Shown here piece after piece: positions 1 to 11,900 of a stretch of 64,000 bases of DNA. The position numbers and the translations under genes were made by a program. Origin of the DNA: Callorhinchus milii (taxonomy: Eukaryota). The notes below the pieces were generated by a model that saw only the letters and a program-made list of their open reading frames with translations, searched no databases and was not told where the DNA came from. The DNA lies in NCBI RefSeq assembly GCF_018977255.1, contig NW_024704831.1, forward strand, positions 124,001 to 188,000, in the 5' to 3' direction. Position 1 is the first letter of the stretch; every line of letters starts with the position of its first letter.

Positions 1-223
1 GAGGAGGAATTAGAACATTCTGATGATATGAATAAACGATTCTCATTCCAATAACTTCTCTGGAAATTTCATGTGTAGGTGAAATGCATGGATACTTTTA
101 AGCATGTTGATGGGTTTCCGCATGTGTCAGACATCCAGCTGACCAAAAAAAAGTGTAGGGCTTGTAATGAGGATGAATGTTTTGGAACAAATGCTCTCTG
201 TGACTTTGCTGTTATTTTTGCAG

Positions 224-3200
224 ACCCAATAGCTGATAAATGGCAGACTGAAGAAGGAGGATTCAATTATGCCAGTGATTTGGTCAAACACATCCGTAAT
301 AAGTTTGATGATTATTTTGACATCTGTGTTGCTGGTAAGATCTGCCCCACAAATCAAACTCCCTATTCCACTATATAAAGCAGACATGATGGAGATTTCT
401 AAAGAAGTTTTATTACTTGTTTGAACATTTTATTTTCACAGGCTACCCAACTGGACATCCGGAATGCACCAGTTACGAGGAGGATCTCAAACACTTGAAG
501 GAGAAAGTAGAAGCTGGATCAGACTTCATTATAACCCAACTCTTCTTCAAACCACAAACCTTCCTGAAATTCCTAAAGGACTGTCGTGCAATTGGAATTA
601 CTTGTCCAATTCTACCTGGAATCTTTCCCATACAGGTATGTAAAGGACAGAGGAGCTCATTGAAAGTGAGAACTGACCTGCGTCACCTGGCAGTGTATGG
701 CCAACTTTACCTGTTTACAGAATCTTTCAACTTGTAGAAAGTGGGCATGTTTCATGCAGGAGGATTGTCTTTCTCGTGCTGCCACAGTTCAGATTACCAT
801 CTACTTATGTTCCTTATCCTGGCGCAGGGGTACCACTCGCTGCGTCAGCTGGTCAAACTGTCCAAGCTACAAGTACCACAGGAAATCAAAGATATCATTG
901 AGCCGATCAAAGATAATGATGCTGCTATTCGAAACTGTGGCATTGACTTGGCCACAGATCTGTGTAAAGCACTGCTGACCTCTGGAGCAGTGCCAGGGCT
1001 CCACTTCTACACGCTAAATCGAGAAGTAGCAGCCACGGAGATTCTCCGACGACTGGGCCTGTGGATTGAGGACCCCAGGTGAGGCTGAGTAGCTCCTATG
1101 ACCAAATATACATAGAGCAGAATGTGTTCCAGAGAATTCATTAGTCCAGAAATCTGACTTGCAGCTGTCCACTGGATTCTGCAAGTTTTAAACATTCTAC
1201 AATAAGAGGCCACATTTCACATTTGATGTATTCATTAAATTTTGTTTAACTTGCATTTGCCTAAATGTTTACACAAGGGAGTTTGTTTCAAATCATTACA
1301 AAGTCTCAGTGGGAGTATCGAGCTTGGTGGGAGGTCATGGGAAGAGTTTTTGGAGCTCTGATCACAGGCAGAGGATATTGTTTGCGACCGGGACTCAAAA
1401 CAACTGAATTTTTAGTGATCTTACATTGCCTGTATGAATGTAACATCATGGATAAGGGGATGTCTAACCATTTCCTCATTCCCAGACGACCCTTGCCTTG
1501 GGCTGTTAGTGCCAACCCAAAGCGGAAGGTGGAGGATGTCAGACCAATCTTCTGGGCTTCAAGACCAAAGAGTTACATTTACAGAACTCAAGACTGGGAT
1601 GAATTTCCAAATGGCAGATGGTTTGGATTCAATTATTCCTTTAATCTGCAATTTGTTACTATTTTACATTCTCACCCAATGCAGGTGATTATTTCCTAAT
1701 GTGTAATGTGACTTTTTTCTTATTCCTAGGGGGAACTCATCCTCACCAGCATTTGGCGAGCTGAACGATTATTACCTCTTCTATCTGAAGAGTAATTGTG
1801 CAAAGGAAGAGTTGCTGAAGATGTGGGGGGAGGAGCTGGTGAATGAAGAGCATGTCTTTGAGGTCTTCACAGCTTATATCACAGGAGAATCCAACAGGAA
1901 TGGTACAAAAGTAAGGCACTCACAGCAATACTGATTGTGCTTATGGATCAGTAGTTATTCTTTACATCACTGTAATTCATTAGTCAAGGCTCAATCTGAT
2001 TTATCAATCTTTCAGCAGTTTTTTTTATGACCACCTGGTTACTGTGACATATACTACTGTGTGATTTGACAGGTAACTTGTCTCCCCTGGAATGATGAAT
2101 CTCTGGCAGTGGAAACCAATTTAATGAAAGCAGAACTACAGAAGGTGAATCGCAGAGGTATCCTCACCATAAATTCCCAGCCCAACATCAACGCCAAGTC
2201 CTCAACGGATCCTGTGGTGGGCTGGGGCCCTGAGGGAGGTTATGTGTTTCAGAAGGTAAGAGTAAGCTTTTACCTCTGGGGGTGGGGGTAAACTTAGACC
2301 ATTACGAAGAGCGTGGAAACAGTTACGTTGTCTACTTCAGATCAAGTTTCATATGGAAAGGCTTTTGAATCCAAGCCATACTTGATTATCTTAAGTAGAA
2401 AATTAAGCAGCTTGTGAAACTCCCGCTGGAGTGTTTCTGTATTTGTGTTGGGTGGAAATCCAGGTGGATAGATATCTAAAGTCCTGCTTTTTAGTGTATA
2501 AGGGTAGTTGGCTCCATGGCCTGAGCTCTATTCTCTAATGTTAATCTGTGCATAGTATGCTCTGCAGTTTAATCTCACTCTTGCTCTCCCAGGCCTATCT
2601 TGAGTTCTTCACCTCCTCGGAGAATGTTACTGCACTCCTGCAGGTTCTGAAGAAATATGAACCAAGAGTCAACTATCATATAGTTAATGTGAAGGTAAGA
2701 TCCAGTTGCTCATTCGGGGACAGAAATACCCAGAGCAAGGAACAGGACAGTTGCCATTTTCAGCAGCATTCCAGTTTCCCACTCTGGCTGTTCAGCGGCG
2801 CAGATGACATCACATGAATGCATTAATACGCATTTAACAATATCCTTAAAGATGGAGCAAGCAGCATGTTATACTAGTCATTCCTTTGGGAACAATGTAC
2901 ATCAGTGTGGGATGGCAGATTGGGTTGGATCAGTCACTTCCTGTTGTCAAGCCAAATAGTTACATGGGTATACAATTGTAGCTGCTTTTCAGTGCATGGT
3001 TTGCAGCTAATCTTAATTTTTTTAAACTTACAGAGTGAGAATATAAACAATGCTTCTGACCTTCAGCCGAATGCTGTAACCTGGGGAATCTTCCCTGGAC
3101 GCGAGATCATTCAACCCACAGTGGTTGATCCCATCAGTTTCATGTATTGGAAGGTAACACGCGACTTTTGTGGATTTATTTAAATACTAGAACACTTGGG

Positions 3201-4117
3201 ATAATTTCTAAAGCAGTGAGTTGGGTTGCTCTTCATTCTGCTACACCATAGGTGGCCTAAAGCAATGCTGCATTAACCTTTGCCTCCTATTCTCTGCTGT
3301 AAATTGGCCTCCCCACAAATGCCCAGCTCCTCACATAAAATGTAAGTGGCTTAGCCACTGCAAAACCTGTGACTAAATTGTAGGGCTGAACATTTGTAGT
3401 TAGTGAAGTTTGTGCAAAACTTTACATAATAATAAAAAAAAATTGGTCATTTCAATCTACGACTGTTTGTGGACATTGTGGCAATTGCTGGCGTTGCCAC
3501 AAATACAGTCAATTCACTTTACATGTTCTGTGAACCTTACTCTCCGACGTGAAACCTATATCAATGCAAGATTATTATTATTATTATTATTATTATTTTG
3601 CTAATAAATTTTGCAAAATTGTGACTTTCTCTTCATACTTCATATTAATTATCTACTGGTTCACTCTCCTGTGATTCATCAGATGGGGTCAAATGGCAGC
3701 AGCTTGAAGGTTGATGGTGATTCAAATTTGGCATTTTTACTCATTGCTTTGTCTGTTGACCATTAGATGAATCTGCAGTGGAGAGGGCAAGAGTCTTGTT
3801 GGGCGAGAGTTTAATTACTTCCTCCCGTTGCTGTGCAGGTAGAATTCCATGTGAATGTTCCTTATCTGATCTATTCCCAGGATGAAGCATTCGCATTATG
3901 GATTGAGCGGTGGGCAAAACTGTACCCAGAAGAGTCTCCGTCTCGGCAGATAATTCAGAACATTCATGACAACTATTATCTGGTCAACCTGGTGGACAAT
4001 GACTTTCCACTTAAGAACTGTCTCTGGCAGGTGATTGAAGATATGTTCCTGTTAAAATCGATTGAAAAGCCATGTGATGATGCTGCTGCAGTAGATGACC
4101 TAGCAGCAGTGCCATGA
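224..4117 (+). CDS. MTHFR: Methylenetetrahydrofolate reductase, 5' exons outside window. Coding exons: 224-334, 442-635, 828-1078, 1486-1620, 1730-1910, 2073-2255, 2593-2694, 3034-3153, 3881-4117(TGA)
   Basis: Peptides DICVAGYPxGHPE, [67 protein letters not shown]. All introns GT-AG and in phase. Exon sizes 111/194/251/135/181/183/102/120 match the human gene as recalled. Confidence 0.98.
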
Positions 4118-4406
4118 TTCCAGAAAGCAGATTTGCTGCAGCAATGGGATCCTGAATGTTTACTCCCAAACGTGTAAGCAAACGGTAGCTTGTTATTGTT
4201 ACACCATGTGCTCAAGTCAAGTTGATCTTGGATAGCATTTGATTCAACTAGCTGTGGTTAACACTCACACCATTGACTCTGGTTGGATTTGGTAACATTC
4301 ACAGCTCACTAGGTGTGGGGCAGATGAGAGCAAAAATAGTGTGCAATCTGGCAACTTCTGACCTATCTGGTTAAAATCCATTTTACTGTGATATTTATGT
4401 GCTGAA

Positions 4407-4412
4407 AATAAA
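4407..4412 (+). terminator. Candidate MTHFR polyadenylation signal AATAAA (second candidate at 4965-4970)
   Basis: AATAAA about 290 nt downstream of the MTHFR stop. Confidence 0.4.
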
Positions 4413-5394
4413 TAACTTATTGACTCCCTACAGCTGAGTGTCCACTGTAAACTAGCAATGGTGATGGCAGTTTTCTCTATAAATAGGAAGCATTAGAAAT
4501 AGTCCCCTTGCATAACGTGAATATAGAAGTGCCATTAGTACCATAGGATCTACTTGCCTTCTGGGAGAGTAAATCTACAGGCAAAATTTGGGCACTAATC
4601 AAATCTGGAACATGAGTTGTATGAGGCTGACAGTAAGGGAAAGGCACTACTGTTGATCTTTGCAAATCAGCATATTCTGATGGGATTCATATGGGGACCA
4701 ATGAACTCTGGCTCCTCTAGTTTCTTCTTTTTCCTTCTTGCACAAATGCGAACCATTGCTGAGAGAGGCAGATGGTCGGGGTAGAGGAAAGGTTTGTGGA
4801 TAGAATGGAATGTGCAACTTCACTGGGTAAAAGGCCAGATAGATGACAGCTGCAGTTGTTGCTTTTCAAATACAAATAGCAACTTGACCTACAAATGTTC
4901 TCACTGTTCTGCACAACTTTTACAAAAGTCATGTCACTATTGTATTCAAACATCACCATATTTAAATAAACATTCACATAGAACAAACTCCTTTTGCAAA
5001 GGTTTGCATGAGTTCCCAGTCTGTATCTAATGAAACAAGATACTAGTCGGGTAGAGGGTTTGCTTCTCCGAGGAACCCACTTCATCAGCACTTTGGAGAA
5101 ACTCCTTCACTGAAGGCTGTGAGTGCTTCAGTTTACATATAAGAGGGATAGCTACAATATCACTCACTAGACTCAAATCTTAGCAGAAACAGAGCTCTAG
5201 AATTTTACAGCATCAAAGGAGGGCATCAGTGCTGTGTCACCTCTCTGAAAGAACTCTCCATGAAATCCCTCTTCTCTCTTTCCCCCTGCCCCCCATCACA
5301 TACACTTTTTTCTTTTCCATCTATTTGGCTAATTCACTTTAAAATTATTTTGGAACCCAAATTCACTCGTTTTCTCAGTTTTGCTGAGAAGAAT

Positions 5395-5733
5395 GATTAT
5401 TTTATATAGTGCCTAATTGTGTTGTTAAGATGACTCGAATAGCACCTCACAGAATGTACTGTGAAGTGACTGTATCTTTTGTGAGTGAAACATGGCAGCC
5501 AATTGCACATAGCAGAGTCCCATAAACAGTCGTGGATTGGGTGACCAAATTAGTACTATTTTTTGAAGGGATTATTACCTGTGGAAAGCGATCTGCCAAT
5601 AGACTAACAACTGGGTTCCTACTTACTGCTAGGTAAGCAGAGGCGTGTGGGGCAAGGAAACTTGCCTAAGGTTTTGAACCCGAATCCTCTCACTTGCGAG
5701 GCAGGTGCTCTGACCAATATGCTACAGGATTCC
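5395..5733 (-). mobile_element. Older, long-subfamily copy of the tRNA/Deu SINE
   Basis: Reverse complement of the GGAxTCCTGTAGC head, the CTGCTTACCTAGCAGTAAGTAGGAACC internal segment, the Deu-like core and the tail. Confidence 0.8.
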
Positions 5734-5974
5734 ATGATAATGTCTATTCAGTAGAAGGGTGACGTCAGTGGGAATCTGAAAAGGAGGCTCACTCATTTCA
5801 GTCATCTGAAAAAGGATCAGAAAGTCTATTTGCCAATTCTGGTAACTACACTTCATTTTCTAAATGATACACTGTATATGAGGTACAATATCCTCCGTCC
5901 ACTGAGACGGATCTCTGTCCATCTTTAAAGGCAGAGCGATCTTCAATAACACCAGAGAGAACGGAGCCAAATCC

Positions 5975-8900
5975 TCATTCATCCTTTTGTGGTAATCGTG
6001 TGTTTTCGTGTTTTGAAACAGCCACTCTGCACCAGGCAGTGAAAACCTGCAGTAAAGAAATACACAAGAGAAGCTCTAATCCCTAAGTGTTTGTAGCAAC
6101 AGGATTAGCTCAATACATCTGTGAGCAGAATGATTTTCAGATCAATTTCACAAAATCAGAATGTATCTCAATTTAAATAATTCCATCTCTTGTTACACAT
6201 TCTTGTTGGCTATGTCTTCTGTGAAAGCTTCCATTAAATAAGGGAGACAATGCAAACCCTACCATGTGTGTCATAAAATAACAAGACTCAACCCAGGGAT
6301 CACAGGCATTTCACTAAAGTAAAGTTCTATCTCCTTCATAGATTTAAGTGCTCCGAGACGTTACCCATGTGAAGAACGCTATAAAAATGCAGGTTGATGT
6401 ATCAACCTAATCAGTGTAATGTCACTTGATTAATGCGCTTGAGAAACAACTCCCTAAAGTGACTAATTCTTGTGTAGTGCAGGGTGTTGATAGAAACGTA
6501 CGTCTAACATTAGAACCCTATTGTTCTGGGCTGCAAACGCTTGCGAGACCCGGATTTGGATGAACCGCCTCCGCCACATCCGCCAGGCCCTCTCCTCTGG
6601 CCTCTGCTGCCACTGTGTGGAGAATGAAAGACCATGTAAGCATCAAACTGAAGCAGGCTGGTGATGGGGAGTAAATAATAATATGTGGGAGGAAGACCAA
6701 TGGGGAATCATACCTGTAGCTCTTAGCTTCTAAACTGGGGGTAATCCTCCAAAAAAAAATAATAATAATAATAAAAATTGGGTCACTCAATCTACGACCT
6801 GTTGTGGGGACACCGCTGGGGGCAATTGGCTGTCATGTTTTCCACACAAAACATACAGTCAATTCACTTTACAGTATATTCTGTGAAGCGCTTTGAAATG
6901 TCCAGAAGATGTGATAAGGCACTATATCAAATACAAGGATTGTTATAGTATTAAACCTTGGCATGGAAAAGTAAACCAGTCAAAATTTGATTCCATGACT
7001 GTTGGTGATGCTGTAGCGTCTGCAATTCTATGATGTTAAGCTTCTTATCCAGAGTTATTTTTCAAGATGCTAATTGGCTAGATATAACCAGGACCAAAGG
7101 CAGCTTATTCTCTATTGGTGAGTAAATACAGCAACGCCTTGTTTACAATCCCTCAATAAAGATGATTTTCCATCGAGATGAACATGTAAAACCACATTAC
7201 TTGCCAATCTGTGTGCCAATAACTGTACCACTGTAATACTCTTCCATTGCGTCCAGATCCCCTGCAGCAGCCCAGAGCTTTTCTTCTGCAGGAAACGTTG
7301 CAGCAGCAACTCTCTGTGCCAAGTTTCAAGGCACCGCTTACTGAAACACAAACAACCATATATTGTGGAGTCCTGTAGCGCAGTGGTTAAAGCACTCACC
7401 TATTAAGCGAGAGACCTGGGCAAAACCTTGGACAAGTTTTCTTACTCCACACGCCTAATAATAATCCCTCAAAAAAAAATTGGTGACTTCAATCCACGAC
7501 CGGGACACTGCTGTGCGCGATTTGGCTGCCGCATTTCACCCACGAATAGTCAATTGACTTCACAGCATATTCTGTGAATCGCTTTGAGACATCTAGAAGA
7601 CGTGAAACGCGCTATATCAAATGCAAGGATTATTATGTAAGCATTGCTCTACCCACCCTAGTTGGTACTTGCCCTGTGTCCACCTTATTTTGTATTCGCC
7701 CTGCCCTTCACAGCCCTCTATGTACATAGTAAATTGTCGCCGAGTTAGTTTGCCACATCAGGCTGGGATGGTATTTAGCAGCAGCACATCTGCAATTATG
7801 TACAAATTATAAATAATAATGGAACCTCTCGCACCACAGGTGATTCCTGTATTGCTCCTCCGCCTGATATTCCAGATCATTCCACAAACGTGTTTGCTTC
7901 CGCATCGTCACAATCGTTAGCCAACGAGACAGGAATTTGCGGGTCACTTGGCGTGAGTACTGCACCTGTGGGAAACACAGATCAGGTTCTTTCCCTCCTA
8001 ATGTTCGTCCTTTTACCCTCCCTTCCTGAGGGGGGCAGGACTGATCAGCTTTGCAAAGAACCAAAAACAGCTGATTCCAGAGAAAAACTGAAAATTATAT
8101 TGAGTCGTTAGTAACTTTTTCCACTGTTCTTGCCATTCCATACAACCAATAAAACAAACATTTTTGTTTTTAATGTTTTTATGTTATTGATAAAATGATT
8201 GAGCAATAGCTATCCCAGCCCCAGGACCTACCCGCCTGTGCCACGACTCCAGCAGGCCACGCAACACTCTCTCAGTCCGTTTCTGTATCAGCATTGCTAG
8301 CCTCTGCCTCATCACCAGCCGCATCCTCCACATTGCAAATGCTGACCGCAGCTGCAGCACAGACACCTCACTGCAAGCAATTACCTCCCATTCCTTCTGC
8401 CTGTGTACAAAGACAGCCCAGCACACGAGAGATCTGCAAGCGGACCAGAAATAAACCACAATACCATCACAAGCAAGGTTGTAAGAAATCCTGCTAAAGT
8501 ATTCTTTAATCCCACGAATAAAGTTCAATAATATAAATAATAATCCTTGCAATTGATATAGCGCTTATAACATAATTCCTGACAGGTGCAGTGACTTTTT
8601 TTCAGCTAACCAGTCTCACAACCGGTCATAAAGTTAATGGCAGTTCATCTGGAGGATTGTTGGCCTGACTTTTTCCAATAGTGTCACAGGATCTTTACCA
8701 TCCAGGCCTCGGTTTAACGACTCATCCAAAGCCAACTCTAACAATGCAGAGCTCTCCCAGCACTGCACCAGAGTGTCAGTCTGGACCATGTGTCCACATT
8801 TGCGACGTGGGTGTGGAGATGCAGCCCTAGAAATAGATCTCTGTGCTTCTAACAAGGAAGTGTAGTCAGTCCTTGCCCCTGATGGAGTTGCTCTACTTTG

Positions 8901-11900
8901 CTTGGGGTTTAGGTATATGGTATTTCACGAAGTCTTGTAATTGACATAAATCCACGCGAGCACCACTCCCATTGCCACCCCCATAGCACACACTATCTGC
9001 CCACTATAGTGAGTGTCGTGTCAGACCTGCGCAACAGAATCTCAGCTGCAATCATTCTCCTGTTCCTCCGACTCTTCATTTCCTCACACCAGGTCCTCAA
9101 CACCACCACCTTGGTCACCTGGTCCCGAGCAGAAACAAAGTGTTTCTGTAGGCCCAGCAGTAATCGCCGCTCTGGAAAATAGCACCTAATATGGAGGGAA
9201 CATGGCAACTTCCAGAGCTTACAGACACACTTTACATCTTTTATGTCCATCATTCAGCACATTGGTGGGTGCTCTGCTCATTCACATAAGCACTCATACA
9301 CATAACACACTATTGTGTTCCTCACATAAACATATTATTGTATACTATTGTACATATATACACATACACTTGTTCAAACATGTGTTGTGCACATCTTGCT
9401 GAAACAAACATGCAATCTACCCGCCTGAAACTCACTTCTGGTGTACATAAGCCAGCGGGTGACTGCCGCTCGGATGTTTTCCACATATTTGTCATTGCAT
9501 CTTCTGTCAGCTTCCAATCTCTGTGCCAAACGCACTCTCCAGTGGGCCAGCACTACACGACACAACCAGCTCTGCAAATGGCTGTCAGCCATCTTTCTGC
9601 AACGCTGACAATCCGTGGCCCATCTGCTCCAGGCCAGAAAGACTCTGGCAATAAAATAAAAAAATGAGACTCTAAACTCACAGAGCAGAAGGTTCTACTC
9701 AGTAAAGCTACTGACCTGACTGGGTACACTCATAACACCAGGTCACAGACCGCCAAGGTGAATACACTCACCGAGTAGCAGAATATTCAGGCAGCACCCC
9801 CACCCTTAATGTCTTTAAAAGCATATTATTAATTTGCCAGATCAGGTCACATATGGAGCAGGATTTCCAGGGACCTATTTGTGATATTTGAATCTCAGTC
9901 TGTTCAATAACAATTGTCAAAGAAGTTATGGCAGAATTGATGAGCCAAATGTCTTGATTCTGTGCTGTAATGTTATATGTTTCTATAAAGCAGCCTGTCA
10001 TGTCACAGGGCATACCTCAGGGCAGCACTGGGTGGGCCACACAGACCAGGGAATACCTGGAGACCTGTAGCTCAGTGGTTAGAGCACTCGCTTTGCAAGC
10101 GAGAGACCTGAGTTCAATTCCAGGCAGAGGGCGAAACCTTGGGCAAGTTTCCTTACTCCACACAGAGCCTAATAATAATCCCTCCAAAACAAAAACAATA
10201 ATAAATTGGTCATTTTCAATCTACGACTGTTTGTGGGACATTGCTGTGCGCAATTGGCTGCCGCGTTCGCCCATAAATATACAGTCAATTCACTTTACAG
10301 TTTGTTCTGTGAAGCGCTTTGGGACGTCCTCCCGACGTGAAAAGCGCTATATCAAATGCAAGGATTATTATTATTATTATTATTATTACTTGGTTTTGAT
10401 CTTGGTGCACATTGATCATGCTACTAACCACTGTGGGACAGTCAGCATGGCTGACCCATGCTCAGATCTCATACAAAGGACAGAGTGAAAGAAGGCTCAT
10501 GTGAACCAATCATATTCAGGCTGAGCAATGAAAGTGTAAATCAACCAAAGACTAGTCTGTGCTTAGACAGAAACTGAAATGCAGAGACACGTGTGCACCA
10601 TGTTCTGACGACTTCACTTATCTGCAGTCTCTGAACAAATACAAAATGTTCACAGCGCTCCTAATAAGAAATCTCAATAGATACAGCTAAAAAAGCACCA
10701 CACATAAAACAGCCTAATCCCAAACACAGTACCCCAGCACACAAGAGTGCCTCATGGTAGGAGAGACACAAACACAGCCTCACCGTGCCAGCAGCAGCTG
10801 CCTATAGTGTTGCTGTACTCTGCACACCTGCCTCCTGCGAGCCGCCCACAGCACAAAACTCCGCTTCACCTGCCGCTTCTCCACTTTGCACTGCAGCCAT
10901 CGCCCTGCTCTCTCCAGTCTATCCTGTTCACATTGGGTCCGCAGCCAGGATTCTTTAATCTCATTTAATCGATGCTGGGCAGCCAACTAGAAGGAAATAT
11001 TATCAATAAGGTTGACTACTATTCATGTCATCTTGTTTTACCAACAGCAGTATTACAAGCTCATTATAATTTCCAAAAGAAGTACCGTTTGTGACTGATG
11101 GTCAATAGTTCCGTATTCAGATCCTAAGGAGATTAATGTGGAATTCCTTGTCTCTGTATTCAGTAGAGTTACAATGAGTGACTGCTGCACTGTGTTATGC
11201 TGCTCTACCTGGGGCAAAAGAACACAATGTTCTTCCGCATTAATTTTCATATTTTAACAAATTTGTATTTTCCCCAAGAACTGCAGAAGAATTGAGCCTG
11301 AATTTAAGAATTTTCAAAATCATAATTTGAAAGTTAGAGCTAAGCTAGTTAGAAGTGCGGTCAGGAGCCACTCAGGCAAAAACAACTGGGATGTGTAAGA
11401 TGGAGATAGATACTTGCAAAATAAGGACATTAAGGGTGATGGAGAAAAGATTGCCATGATTTAATAAACTGGCAGAAGAAACTTGATGGTTTGAATGGCC
11501 TCCTCCTATTCTTATGTTGCTGGATTTGATAAATTGCAGCTCGCAATAACAGTTGGCAATTCTGGTCTTTGGTGTTTTCCCAAACTGATAAAAAGCACCA
11601 CTCTACAACTTTAATCTAGACACTGTAGTCACTTGTACCTGGAGTTTGGCTTTTCCCGCTTGAAGTTTTGCTGTTCTCCACCTATTAAATATCTGTCGCA
11701 GTTTCCTGAAGTCCTGAAGAACTTTCAGCAACATATTCAAAATTCTTTTTTTTCTCTGCACCAGGACATACTCTCTCCACTGACAGAAGGCATCATGGAG
11801 CTCAGCTAACCGAACCAAATTCTGGGCCAGAGGAGAGGAAACAAGATCCAACATAAACACAAAAGCAGGGAGTTTATATTTAACCAAGAAATAATTTGGG

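Noticed and set aside
10059-10135. tRNA-Ala(TGC) genes (also at 51878, 57281, 63264)
   Set aside because: No acceptor stem, and each continues into the SINE body and tail, so they are SINE heads.
9970-10488. Recurrent [19 protein letters not shown]... seen four times
   Set aside because: Chance open frame in the SINE consensus.
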